Assembly (NCBI RefSeq): GCF_009914755.1
Contig: NC_060947.1
Length of the DNA stretch: 64,000 nucleotides
Direction: 5' to 3' (one strand)
DNA from: the human T2T-CHM13v2.0 reference genome, Homo sapiens
Below the pieces are notes generated by a model. That model saw only the letters and a program-made list of their open reading frames with translations, had not been told where the DNA came from and made no database searches. The number at the start of each line of letters is the position of its first letter. The first letter of the stretch is position 1. Below, piece after piece: positions 34,465-48,327 of the stretch. The position numbers and the translations under genes are program-made.

Positions 34465-36409
34465 ATTCCCCCAGTTTTGTTCTTTTTGCTTAGAATAGCT
34501 TTGTCTATTCTGGGTCTTTTGTGGTTCTATATAAATTTTAGGATTTTTTTTTTCTATTTCTGTAAGAATGTCATTGGTATTTTGATAGGGATTTCATTAA
34601 ACCTCTAAACTGCTTTTGGTAGTATGAACATTTTAACAATATTAATTTTTCCAATTCATAAACATGGAGTTTTTTTTATTTTTTGGTGTTCTCTTTAATT
34701 TCTTTCATCAGTGTTTTATAGATTTCATTATAGAAGTGTTTCCCTTCTTTGGAAAGTTAATTCCAAGGTATTTGATTTTACATGTAGCTATTGTAAATGG
34801 GATTACTGTTTTATTTTTTCCACATTGTTCACCTTTGGTATATAAAAATGTTACTGATTTTTGTACATTATTTTGTATCCTACAGTTTTACTGAATTTGT
34901 TCATCAGTTCTAATAGTTTTCTTGTGGAATCTTGAGGTTTTTCCAAATACAAGATTATATGCTCTGCAAGGAAGGATAATTTGAGTGTTTCCTTTACAAT
35001 TTGGAAGCCCTTTATATCTTTCTCTTGTCTGATTGCTCTAGCTAGGACTTCCAGTATGTTGAATAACAGTGGTGACGGTGGGTATCCTTGTAGTGTTCTA
35101 GATCATGGAGGAATGGCTTTCAGTATTCTTCATTCAGTGTAATATTAGCTGTGGGTCTGTCACATATGGCTTTCATTATGTTGAGTTATGTTTCCTCTAT
35201 ACCTATTTTTTAAGGGGTTTTTATCATGAAGGGACATTACATTTTATCAAATCCTTTTTCAGCATTAGGTTAAATGATAATATGGCACTTCATTCTATTG
35301 ATATGATTCATCACATTGATTTGAGTGTGTTGAACCAAACTTGCATCCCATGGATAAATTCTATTTTGTCATGAAGAATGATCTTTCTAATGTATTGCTG
35401 AATTCAGTTTGATTGTATTTTTGAGTATTTTTGCATTAATATTCATCAGAGATATTGGCCTGCAGGTATTTCGTTTGTTTCTTTGTTCTTGATGTCTCTT
35501 TGTCTGGTTTTAGTATCAGGCTACTACTGGCCTCTAAGAATGAGCGTTGAAGTATTCCCTCCTCTTCTATTTATTTGCATATTTTGAGTAGGATTGTTAT
35601 TAATTCTTCTTCAAATGTTTGTTAGAATTTAGCAGTGAAGCCACCAGATCCCAGACTTTTATTTACTAGGAGACTTTTTATTACGGCTTCAATATCATTA
35701 CTTGTTGTTGGTCTGTTCAGGTTTTGGATTTCTTCCTGGTTCAATTCTTGGTAGATCATATGTGTCAAGGAATTTGTTCATTTGTTCTAGATTTTCCAAT
35801 TTATTGGCATATAGTTGCTCATAGTAGCCACTAATGATCTTTTGAATTTTTTCAGTGTCAGTTGTAATGTCTCTTTTTTATTTCTGATTTCATTTCTTTG
35901 GATCTTCTCTCTTATTTTCTTAGTCTGCTAAAGGTTTGTCAATTTTGTTTAACTTCCAGAAAACAAATTTTTGGTTCATTGGTCTTTTTATTGTTTTTTT
36001 ATTTACATTTTATTTATTTTGCTATGATCTTTACGATTTGTTTTCTTCTAATTTTTGGTTCTGTTTTGATTTTCTTTAATATGCATCATTAGATTGTTTA
36101 TTTTTAGTTGTTCCCCTTTTTTAATGTTCTTATTTTTTATGAAGCTTATAGCTATAAACATCCTTCTTAGAACTGCTTTTGCTGTATCGCATAGTTTTGT
36201 TATGTTGTGCTTCCATTATGATTTGTTTCCAAAAAATTTTAAATTTCAGTCTTAATTTCTTCATTAATACACTGGTCAATCGGGAGCATAGGGTTTATTT
36301 TCCATGTGTTTGCATAGTTTTCAAAATTACTCTTGTTATTAATTTCTAGTTTTATTTCATTGTGTTCCAAGAAGTTGCTTCATATTATTTTACCTTATTT
36401 GCATGTTTT

Positions 36410-39400
36410 TTTTTTTTAGATATATTTAAATTCTGGGATATATGTGCAGAACGTGCAGGTTACATAGGTATACATGTGCCTTGGTGGTTTGCTGCAACAA
36501 TCAACCCGTCATCTACATTAGATATTTCTCTTAATGCTAGCCCTCCCCTAGCTCCCCACCCCCTGACAGGTCCTGGTGTGTGATGTTCCCCTTCCTGTGT
36601 CCATGTGTTCTCATCGTTCAACTCCCACTTATCAGTGAGAACATGTGGTGTTTGGTTTTCTGTTCTTGTGTTAGTTTGCTGAGAACGATGGTTTCCAGCT
36701 TCATCCATCTCCCTGCAAAGACATAAACTGATCTTTTTTTATGACTGCATAGTATTCCATGGTGTACATGTGCCACATTTTCTTTATCCAGTGTATCATT
36801 GATGGGCATTTGGGTTGGTTCCAAGTCGTTGCTATTGTGAATAGTGCTACAGTAAACCTGAGTGTGCATGTGTCTTTAGAGTAGAATGATTTATAATATT
36901 TTGGGTATATACCCAGTAATGGGATTGCTGGGTCAAATGGTATTTCTGTTTCTAGATCCTTGAGGTATCGCCACACGGTCTTCCCAATGGTTAAACTAAA
37001 TTACACTCCCACCAACAGTGTAAAAAGTGTTCCTGTTACTCCACATCCTCTCCATCATCTGTTGTTTCCTGACTTTTTAAGGATCACCATTCTAACTGGC
37101 GTGAGATGGTATCTCATTGTGGTTTTGATTTGCATTTCTCTGATGGCCAGTGATGATGAGCTGTTTTTCATGTTTGTTGGCCACATAAATGTTTTCTTTT
37201 GAGAAGTGTCTGTTCATATCCTTTGCCCACGTTGTGTTGGGGTTGTTTGTTTTTTTTTCTTGTAAATTTGTTTATGTTCCTTGTAGATTCTGGATGTTAA
37301 CCCTTTGTCAGATGGATAGAGTGCAAAAATTTCCCCCCTTTCTGTAGGTGGCCTTTTCACTCTGATGGTAGTTTCTTTTGCGTTGCAGAAGCTCTTTAGT
37401 GTAATTAGATCCAATTTGTCAATTTTGGCTTTTGTTGCCATTGCTTTTGGCATTTTAGTCATGAAGTCTTTGCCCATGCCTATGTCCTGAACAATATTGC
37501 CTAGGTTTTCTTTTAGGGTTTTTATGGTTTTAGGTCTTACATTTAAGTTTTTAATCCATCTTGAGTTGATTCTTGTGTCAGGTGTAAGGAAGGCGTCCAG
37601 TTTCAGTTTTCTGCCTATGGCTAGCCAGTTTTCCCAACACTGTTTATTAAATACAGAATCCTATCCCCATTGCTTGTTTTTGTCAGGTTTGCCAAAGATC
37701 AGATGGTTGTAAATGTGTGGCATTATTTCTGAGGCCTCTGTTCTGTTCCATTGGTCTATATATCTGTTTTGGTACCAGTACCACGCTGTTTTGGTTACTG
37801 TAGTATAGTTTGAAGTCAGGTAGCGTGATGCCTCCAGCTTTGTTCCTTTGTTCTTTTTGCTTAGGATTGTCTTGGTTATACAGGCTACTTTTTGGTTCAA
37901 TATGAAATTTAAAGTAGGTTTTCCTAATTCTGCAGAGAAAGTCAATGGTAGCTTGATGGGAATAGCATTGAATCTATGAATTACTTTGGGCAGCATTTTC
38001 ACGATACTGATTCTTCCTATCCATGAGCATGGAATGTTTTTCCCTTTGTTTGTGTCCTGTCTTATTTCCATGAGCAGTGGTTTGTAGTTCTCATTGAAGA
38101 GGTCCTTCACATCCCCTATAAGTTGTATTCCTAGGTATTTTATTCTTTTTGTAGCAATTGTGAATCGGAGTTCACTCATGATTTGGCTTTCTGTTTGTCT
38201 ATTATTGGTGTATAGGAATGCTTGTGATTTTTGCACATTGATTTTGTATCCTGAGACTTTGCTGAAGTTGCTTATCACTTTAAGGAGATTTTGGGCTGAG
38301 AAAATGGGTTTCCTAAATATACAATCATGGCATCTGCAAACAGAGATAATTTGACTTTAGAGAGACAATCTCTCTTCCTATATGAATACCGTTTATTTCT
38401 TTCTCTTACCTGATTGCCCTGGCTAGAACTTGCAATACTTTGTTGAATAGGAGTGGTGGGAGACAGCATTCTTGTCCTGTGTTGGTTTTCAAAGGGAATG
38501 CTTCCAGCTTTTGCCCATTCAGTATGATATTGGCTGTGGGTTTCTCGTAAATAGCTCTTATTATTTTGAGATACGTTCCATCAATACCACGTTTATTGAG
38601 AGTTTTTAGCATGAAGGGGTTGTGAATTTTATCGAAGGCCTTTTCTGCATCTAATGAGAGAATCATGTGGTTTTTGTCATTGGTTCTGTTTATGTGATGG
38701 ATTATGTTTATTGATTTGCGTATGTTGAATCAGCCTTACATCCCAGGGATGAAGCCGACTTGACCGTGGTGGATAAGCTTCTTGATGTGCTGCTGGATTC
38801 AGTTTTCCAGTATTTTATTGAAGATTTTTTCATCGATGTTCATCAAGGTATTGTCCTGAGATTTTCTTTTTGTTGTTGTTGTGTCTCTGCCAGGTTTTGG
38901 AATCAGGATGATGCTGGCCTCATAAAATGAGATGGGGAGGATTCCCTCTTTTTCTGTTGTTTTGAATAGTTTCAGAAAGAATGGTACCTACTCCTCTTTT
39001 TACCTCTGGTAGAATTCAGCTGTGAATCTGTCTGGTCCTGGGCCTTTTTTGGTTGCTAGGCTATTAATTATTGCCTCAATTTCAGAACTTGTTATTGGTC
39101 TATTTAGGGATTTGACTTCTTTCTGGTTTAGTCTTGGGTGGGTGTATGTGTCGGGGAATTTATCCATTTCTTGTAGGTTTTCTAGTTTATTTGTGTAGAG
39201 GTGCTTATAGTATTCTCTGATGGTAGTTCGTATTTCTGTGGGATCGGTGGTGATATCTCCTTTATTACTTTTATTTTGTCTACTTGATTCTTTTCAATTT
39301 TCTTCTTTATTACTCTGGCTAGCGGTCTATTTTGTTAATCTTTTCACAAAACCAGCTCCTGGATTCATGGATTTTTTGAGGGGCTTTTCGTGTCTTTATC

Positions 39401-42400
39401 TCCTTCAGTTCTGCTCTGATCTTAGTTATTTCTTGTCTTCTACTAGCTTTTGAATTTGTTTGTTCTTGCTTCTCTAGTCCTATTAATTCTGATGTTAGGG
39501 TGCCAATTTTGGATCTGTCCTGCTTTCTCCTGTGGGCATTTAGTGCTATAAATTTCCCTATGAAAACTGCTTTAGCTGTGTTCCAGGGATTCTGGTACGT
39601 TGTGTCTTTATTCTCATTGGTTTCAAAGAACTTATTTATTTCTGCCTTAATTTTGTTATTTACCCAGTAGTCATTCAGGAGCAGGTTGTTCAGTTTCCAT
39701 GTAGTTGTGTGGTTTTGAGTGAGTTTCTTAATTCTGAGTTCTAATTTGATTGCACTGTGGTCTGAGAGACAGTTTGTTATGATTTCTGTTCTTTTGTGTT
39801 TGCTGAGGAGTGTTTTACTTCCAATTCCGTAGTCAATTTTAGAATAAGTGCAATGTGGTGCTGAGAAGAATGTATATTCTGTTGATTTGGGGTGGAGAGT
39901 TCTGTAGATGTCTATTAGGTCTGCTTGGTCCAGAGCTGAGTTCAAGTCCTGAATATTCTTGTTAATTTTCTGTCTCGTTGATCTGTCTAATATTGACAGT
40001 GTGGTATTAAAGTCTCCCACTATTATTGTGTGGAAATCTAAGTCTCTTTGTAGGTCCCTAAGAACTTGCTTTATGAATCTGAGTGCTCCTGTATTGGGTG
40101 CATATATATTTGGGATAGCTAACTCTTCCACTTGCATTCATCCCTTTACCATTATGTAATGCTCTTCTTTGTCTTTTTTGATCTTTGTTGGTTCAAAGTC
40201 TGTTTTACCATAGTCTAGGATTCCAATCCCTGAGGTTTATTTTTTCTTTCCATTTGCTTGGTAAATCTTTTTCCATCCCTTTATTTTGAGCCTATGTGTG
40301 TCTTCGCACATGAGATGGGTCTCCTGAATACAGCACACCAATGGGTCTTGACTGTATCCAATTTGCCAGTCTGTGTCTTTTAATTGGGGCACTTAGCCAT
40401 TCATATTTAAGGTTAATACTCTTGTGTGTCAATTTGATCCTGTCATTATGATGCTAGCTGGTTATTTTGCCCATTATTTGATGCAGTTTCTTCATAGTGT
40501 CAATGGTCTTTACAATTTGGTATGTTTTGCAGTGGCTGGTACCAGTTTTTTCTTTCCATATTTAGTGCTTCCTTCAGGAGCTCTTGTAAGGCAGGCCTGG
40601 TTGTGACAAAATCTCTCAGCATTTGCTTGTCTGTAAAAGATTTTATTTCTCCTTCACTTATGAAGCTTAGTTTGGCTGCATATTAAATTCTGGGTTGAAA
40701 AATCTTTTCTTTAAGAATGTTGATTCTTGGCCCCACTCTCTTCTGTCTTGCAGGGTTTCTGCAGAGAGATCTGCTGCTAGTCTAATGGGCTTCCTGTTGC
40801 GGGTAACCTGACCTTTGTCTCCAGCTGTCCTTAACATTTTTTCTTTCATTTCAACCTTGAAGAATCTGATGATTATGTGTCTTGGAGTTGCTCTTCTGTG
40901 TTCTCTACATTTCCTGAATTTGAATGTTGGCCTGTCTTGCTAGGTTGGGGAAGTTCTCCTGGATAATTTCCTGAAGAGTGTTTTCTAACTTGGTTCCATT
41001 CTCCCTATCACTTTCAGGTACACCAATCAAATGTAGGTTTGGTGTTTCACATAGTCCTGTATTTCTTGAAGGCTTTATTCGTTCCTTTTCATTCTTTTCA
41101 ATCTAATCTTGTCTTCATGCTTTATTTCATTAAGTTGATCTTCAGTCTCTGTTATCCTCTCTTCCGCTTGATCAATTCAGCTATTGATACTAGTGTATGC
41201 TTCATGAAGTTCTCGTGCTGTGTTTTTCAACTCCACTAGGTCATTTGTGTTCTTCTCTAAACTTGTTACTCTAGTTAGCAATTCCTCCAACCTTTTATCA
41301 AGGTCCTTAGCTTCCTTGCATTGGTTAGAACATGCTCTGTTCACTCGGAAGAGTTTGTTATTACCCATCTTCTGAAGCCTACTTCTGCCAATTCGTCAAA
41401 CTCATTCTCCGTCCAGTTTTGTTTCCTTGCTGACGAAGAGTTGTGATCCTTTGGAGGAGAAGAGGCATTCTTGTTTTTTGGAATTTTCAGCCTTTTTATG
41501 CTGGTTTTTCTTCATCTTCAGGATTTATCTACCTTTGATCTTTGATGTTGGTGACCTTCAGATGGGGTTTCTCTGTGGACATCCTTTTTGTTGATGTTGA
41601 TGCTATTCCTTCCTGTTTGTTAGTTTTCCTTCTAACAGTCAGGCCCCTCTGCTACAGGTCTGCTGGAGTTTGCTGGAGGTCCACTTCAGACCCTGTTTGC
41701 CTGGGTATCACCAGCAGAGGCTGCAGAACAGTAAAGATTTCTGCCTGTTTCTTCCTCTGGAAACTTCATCCCAGAGGGGCACCTTTCAGATGCCAGCTGG
41801 AGCTCTCATATATGAGGTGTCTGTCAAACCCTGCTGGGAGGTGTCTCCCAGTCAGGAGGCCTGGGGGTCAGGGAATCACTTCAGTAGGCAGTCTGTCCCT
41901 TAGCAGAGCTTGAGCACTGTGCTGGGAGATACACTGCTCTCTTCAGAGCCGACAGGCAGGAAAGTTTAAGTCTGCTGAAGCTGCGCCCACAGCTGCTCCT
42001 TCCCCAAGGTGCTCTGTCCCAGGGAGATGGGAGTTTTATCTATAAGCCCCTGACGGGGGCTGCTTCCTTTCTTTCAGAGATGCCCTGCTCAGACAGGAGG
42101 AATCTAGAGAGGCAGTCTGGCTACAGCGGCTTTGCAGAGCTCTGGTGGGCTCTACCCAGTTCAAACTTCCCTGCAGCTTTGTTTACACTGTGAGGGGAAA
42201 ACCACCTACTCAAGCCTCAGTAACAGTGGATGCCTCTCTCCTCACCAAGCTCAAGCATCCCAGGTTGACTTCAGACTGCTGTGCTGGCAGCGAGAATTTC
42301 AAGCCAGTGGATCTTAGCTTGCTGGGCTTTGTGGGGATAGGATCCACTGAGCTAGACCACTGGGCTCCCTGGCTTCAGCCCCTTTTCCAGGGGAGTGAAC

Positions 42401-42857
42401 TGTTCTGTCTCGCTGGCGTTCCAGGTGCCAATGGGGTATGGAAAAAACTCCTGCAGCTAGCTGGGTGTCTGCCCAAATGGCTGCCCAGTTTTGTGCTTGA
42501 AACCCAGAGCCCTGGTGGCATAGGCACCCAAGGGAATCTCTTGGTCTGCGGGTTGCGAAGACCATGGGAAAAGCGCAGTATCTGGGCTGAAGTGCACCAT
42601 TTCTCAGGGCAGAGTCCCTCATGGCTTCCCTTAGCTAGGGAAGGGAGTTCCCTTGCCCCTTGTGCTTCCCTGGTGAGGTGATGTCCCACCCTGCTTTGGC
42701 TTGCCCTCCGTGGGCTGCATCCACTGTCTAACCAGTCCCATTGAGATAAGCCAAGTGCCTTGGTTGGAAATGAGAAATCACCTGCCTTCTGCACTGATCT
42801 TGCTGGGAGCTGCAGACTGGAGCTGTTCCTATTTGGCCATCTTGCCAGCCACTCCCT
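36410..42857 (-). mobile_element. Full-length L1PA7-like element, defective
   Basis: About 6.45 kb; 5' 'ggctggcaagatggcc'; fragmented ORF1 and ORF2; TSD ttatttg(c/a)atgtttt at 36395-36409 and 42858-42872; canonical TTTT/AA site. Confidence 0.95.
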
Positions 42858-44129
42858 TTATTTGAATGTTTTAAGACTTGTTATCTGACCTAACATGTGG
42901 TCTATCCTTGAGAGTGATCCATGTGCTGAGAAAAAGAACGTGTATTTTGCAGCTTTTTGATAAAATGTTCTGTAAATATCTATTACATCTATTTGTTCTA
43001 TAGTGAAGATTAAATCTGATGTTTCTCTGTTGATTTTCTGTCTGGAATATCTGCCCAATGTTGAAAGTGGGGTTACTGAAGTCTCCAGCTATAATTGTAT
43101 TTGGTCTTATGTCTCTATTTCTATCAATATTTGCTTTATATATCTGGGTGCTGTACTGTTGGGTGCATATATATATATATATATACACATAGGTTTTTAA
43201 AATTATTTTATACTATTGCTGAGTTAACCCCTTTATTATTATATAGTGACCTTCTTTATCTTTTCTTATAGGTTTTGTCTAGAATTTTGGTTTGTCTAAA
43301 TATAGCAACTCCTGTTATTTTTTTTTTGTTTTCATTGTCATAAAATATCTTTTCATCCCTTTATTTTATTTCTATTTGTATCTTTATGGGAGAAATGTGT
43401 TTCTTATAAAAAACAAATCAATAGGTCTTGCTTTATTAGCCACTCAGCTAGTATTTTGGTTGAGGAGTTTAGTCCATTTACATTCAATGTTATTGGTAAG
43501 TAAGGACTTACTCCTGCCAGGTTATTATTTGTTTTCTGGTTGTTTTGTGGTCTTCACTTTCTTCTTTCATTTCATCTTGTCTTCCTTTAGTAAATGTGAT
43601 TTTTTTATTGGGATATGTTTTTGTTTCTGGCTTTTGACTTTTTGTGTATCCATGGTATGTTCATTTTTTGTTTGTGGTTACCATGAGGCTTGCAAATACT
43701 ATATTGTAACTCATTATTTTAACCTGATAACAATTTAAAATTGTTTTCATAAACAAATAAACAAGCAAAAAGAAAACTAATAAAAGCCACCTTAACTTTG
43801 TTGACACACTTTTTAATTTTTGTTTTTTTAATTTATTTTTTTTTTGTGCTATGTCTTGAAAAGTTGTAGCTACTATTTTTGCTTGTTTCATTGTTTAGTC
43901 TTTCGCTTAGGATAAGAGTAGTTTACACACTACAGTTACAGTGTTATAACATTCTGGGTTTTTTTTCTGTGTACTTAGTATTACTAGTGCATTTTGTACT
44001 TTCAGGTGGTTATTTATTGCTCACTAATGTCCTTATCTTTCTGTCATTGTGGGAGAGGAATGTTCAGTGGAGCTTTCTATTCCACCATCTTGCTCTGCCT
44101 CTCTTTTTTTCTGTTTTTAATTTTAGGTT

Positions 44130-45350
44130 TTCTCAGCAAAAATCTCTATATATTCTGGATATTCAATGAAGGAATGGAAAGTCTTTCCAAGATATTGTAA
44201 TGAAATATATCAATAATCATTTGGGAGAAATGAACTTAATGCCATTTTTTAGTATATAAAAATAATTCAAAATTCAAGAGGAATCCTATTCACCATTAAT
44301 CTTCTAGAGGAACATATAAAAGTACATTTTTGATTCTACAAGTAGGTGAAAGTTCCATAGATGATGCAAAAACTAATAACTATGAAGGAAAATGTATAAA
44401 TTATAATCATCAAAAGTTACTGGTAAAAAATAAAAAGGCAAGTCATAAATAAGATATTTGCTTAAATATTGTGTATTTGTGCATGAGAGAGACACTTAAA
44501 ACTCAATAACAAAAAAGACAACTCAATAAAGATTGGTAAAATAATTTAAAAGGCATGGTTTATACATGAACCCCTAGTAAGCATGGATAAAGTATTCAAT
44601 ATCTCTAGTTATAAGGGAAATGAAAATTAAATTCACAATAAAATTCTACTACTCACCTATCAGAATGCCTAAAGAACAAAAACAAAACCAAAGCAGAATG
44701 ACATACCAAATGCTTGTGGCAGAGAATCTGAACTCTCACATATCACTGGACAGAATGTAAAATGGTTGAACCATTTCAAGGTAACATTTTGCAATTTCTC
44801 ATAAAGTTACTACATATACCTACACAGCAATTCCACTTCTACGAATGTATCTAAGAGAAATAAGAACACATGCTCACCCAAAGACTTGCAAAGCATTTTT
44901 AAAAAGCTTCATTACAACAGGGAAACATCTGAAATATCCCAAGTGCTCACCTGCGAGGGAATGGAGACACAAATTTTGATATTTTTATGTAAGGAAATAG
45001 TACTCAAGAAAACAACAAAAATCTACTAATATATGCAACAACATAAATGACTCTCACAGACATGTTGAATGAAAGAAAAAGCTGGACATAAACTAACCTA
45101 CAACATATGCTTTCATTTATATCAAATTCTAGAACAGGTAAACTCACTTACAGTGATAGAAATCAGAAGAATGCTTTCCTGTGATTGAGGGGGAATTGAC
45201 TAAAAAGGACAAGTAGAAACTTTGAGGTGACTGAAACATTCTGTATTTTGAGGGGGTATTGCTGGTTACATGAAAGTATGCATTAGCAAAAACTCATAAA
45301 TGTATATGGTTTAAATTGGTTCATTTGACATTTATTGTAAATGAGCAATA
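44130..45350 (+). mobile_element. Ancient L1ME-type 3' region
   Basis: 'ctcacctatcagaatg', 'cagcaattccacttcta', 'cagtgatagaaatcagaa', 'gaaacattctgtattttga'. Confidence 0.75.
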
Positions 45351-45449
45351 CTTGGTCAATAATTCAATCTGCAAAATTCTCAGTTATTACTTTTTATCTT
45401 TCTCTTTGACATAGATACATTTATTTATTTTATTTATGTTGAGATAAAA

Positions 45450-46545
45450 TAATCATTTAACAGTGAAGGTGAACTAAGTGCATTTTCACAGTTTAGTGAA
45501 AATCATTAGATAATGGATTTTCGTAAGAAGAAATACAAACTTGAAGGAAAGGATGGCTAAAAAGGCTATAGTTACCAAAGTAAATTCTAAAACAAGTTGG
45601 TAAATTTTAATAATAGTAATGACAAATATAGTAATTACAAATAGTAATTACAAATATACATACAAAAGCACACACATAGGCATACATATATATGTGTGTA
45701 TATGTGTATATATATGTATACATTATTTTGTTAACAAAGTGGGGCTAAAGAATATAAAAGAGTGTGAAAGACAAGAGGAGAAATGGAAAGTTAAAACATT
45801 CTCAAATTTCTTATAAAGGTCTAGCAGATATTAAAATACTGATGTAACGGGACTTTTTAAGAAAAAAAGCAAAGAGTTTGTTATGTATACCTGCTATATA
45901 TTAAGAATTGCAACATAATAGAATTATGATATCTGAATTTAAAAAAAATTGTAGGGAGAGGGTGGTAAGAAAGATTGAGAAACAAAGCAAAATCATTTAA
46001 GAAAAAGAAAAAACACTATTATATAAACATAATAAATATAAACAGAGTAGACTCACATCAAAATACAGAGACTCAGATTAGATTTTAAAACTCAAATATA
46101 GGATATTTACAATAAACACACATGAAATGCAATAGTATAGGAGGAAGGTAGAAAAAGGTATATAAATACAAATAAAGGAAAGTTGTTACAGCAATATTAA
46201 TATGAGACAAAACGTAAGGAAGATGAAAATCAGTGGCAGAAAGAAAATAGAGGCATTTCTTTATGATAAAAGAAAAATCTACTAAGAAAATGAACAATCA
46301 GAAACTTCCATGCCTTTAAAATTCCAAGCAAAAATGAAGAGAATAACATTATATCTTTATAGTGAGAAATTTTAACACAATCCTTTTAAACACAACTATT
46401 AGGAATATAACTTAGAAAATGATTTTTTTTAGCAGAATAAGCTCAATCTCTTTAAATATACATAAATGATTCTATATAAAAATATAGGTAATATGTATTA
46501 TTTTCAAGCACACATGAATCATTTACAAATATTGACCACAATTTC
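45450..46545 (+). mobile_element. Ancient L1M inter-ORF / endonuclease fragments
   Basis: 'cagagactcagattagattt', 'gagaaattttaacac', 'ttttcaagcacacatgaatcatttacaaatattgacca'. Confidence 0.55.
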
Positions 46546-47739
46546 ATATATGAATGATTTTACTTCTGTTAAGTGCACATGGTGGATGAGGAGGTGAAGG
46601 AGAAGGGAGGAAACAGATTTGGTGAAAAGATTATAGGCAACAACTTTCATTACTTATACATCCATGTATTTCTCAGATACTGTCAAATGAGGCCATCTTA
46701 TTTTTGTAATTTTATTAAAGCAATAAAAGTTGCTTTAAAATAAATTAAAACTTTAAGATTACAGAAAATTTAAAAACAATTCAAACTTGCTCTATTTTGC
46801 TTCATTTATTTTGATGGACGATGAACGGCAATTTGGAAAAATAATTTTTATTTTAATTTTCTGAATTTATATGTGAACTAGTTGTGATTTAAAAAAATCT
46901 TAAATGGACATTCATTTATAAAATATATGTTAACATATGAATCAAGAGTCCTGTTATGCTTCTAAACAAGGACTAGACTAATACACCACATATATAATAT
47001 GATACATAATATTTACTAATTCAGATGAAATTTACCTTTCTGCTTTCAGCTGTAGCAATTACCTTGAGTAAGCATTCTTACCTCTTGTGGTACTTTCCAA
47101 AAGTGATAATATACATGAAATTTTATATGTGTAACTTGCATTTCAAAGCAAATACTAGGCTTGATTACTCTTTTCACACATTAGAACAAATAAATATAAA
47201 ATTTTTACTTCAGTTTAACCTAAAGTTTTGTTATTTTATTTTTTCTGGTTTCATGAAAGGGGTCATTAACTGTTATTTGCCATGCTTTATGTATAAACAG
47301 TATACACAGATGTGCACACATACACACACACAAGTGTGAATCTATGCAAGACTTAGGTTTAATAAAATTAAATCTGTGATAGCTAGTTTAATCCAACATA
47401 TAAAAGGCATTTCTAAAATAAATGAAAGCATGATTATTCTGCCCTCGCCACATCACTGTCATCTCCCACCATGCAAAGGCATAAGTTAAGAAGAGAATGT
47501 CAACCCTAACATTTCTCTCATATGAAGTTGATCAAATCAGGCACACAATAACAGTTAAAAAAGTAGCGATATTTTTTGGAAGAGTCTCCTTGACTCTTTT
47601 CATTTTTTTTTTCAATTTAAATCATGATCAGACTTTAAAATGAAACCATTAAAGTATTTATTTGCTAAATTCTATTTTAAACAAAGACCCTGATTTTGAG
47701 GTACGTTAAACATGAATTTATTTCCAAGATGACAATTAC

Positions 47740-47831
47740 CCTTTACATGGACAGATAGATCTTGATATTTTAAAAAAATTAATATATCAATATATTTCAT
47801 TTCATCTGCTCTTTTTTGGTCAAGAAAACAT
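47740..47831 (-). pseudogene. Candidate fossil exon (92 nt): CFLDQKRADEMKYIDILIFLKYQDLSVHVK
   Basis: Branch point/acceptor ttactgatttacttttgtacag|; donor AGG|gtaatt; one frame fully open. Confidence 0.45.
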
Positions 47832-48304
47832 CTGTACAAAAGTAAATCAGTAAGTGAACCCATCATATTCTTTGTTGAGAAATCAAATTAGTTTTGGCTT
47901 TGATTGCAGTAATTACAGAAATCATAGTAGTCAAAGATATATTCTGTATATCATTCTAAAGATTTTAAGTGATTGTTTTCGAAATGGATAATTTTAAGCT
48001 AATTTGCATAATACCCAAAACATCAAAGTGACATGTTTTCACAGTCATAGCTTAATTACTATATTTTGCAGACCTGCTGATAAAGCCTACAGGAATTCTA
48101 ATTAACTGTGATTCTGCCTTGCTCTCTGTGTTGTACAAACTACAATTCTCAGCTTGTGTGCTCCAGAACTATGACTTGCTCAGCCAAGGATGAATACAGC
48201 TGCTGGCCTCTTGGCTCACATCCAAATGGAAAAACCTGCCAAATTTTCTAATCAAAGTCTGTTTGCTAGCCTTTCTCTTTTTTGTTTTCTAGTTCAAATC
48301 TTAC

Positions 48305-48327
48305 CATTAGAAGTTTCCAAATGTGGC
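48305..48327 (-). pseudogene. Candidate micro-exon (23 nt)
   Basis: ctattttctttag|GCCACATTTGGAAACTTCTAATG|gtaaga; both splice sites near consensus, frame ambiguous. Confidence 0.4.

Larger units (their letters stand above)
32552..44104 (-). mobile_element. L1MA1-3-like element (host of two nested L1s), lacking ORF1
   Basis: 3'UTR 'gtacatagtaggtgtatat...aagcacatcatgaagaatggggtatcc'; ORF2 in pieces 33000-34135, 34479-36405 and 42858-43320; 5' terminus 44044-44103; 20-bp TSD ttttttctgtttttaatttt at 32532-32551 and 44105-44124. Confidence 0.9.

Noticed and set aside
41542-42794. Several 100-178 aa ORFs
   Set aside because: Within the L1PA7 5'UTR; repeat-derived
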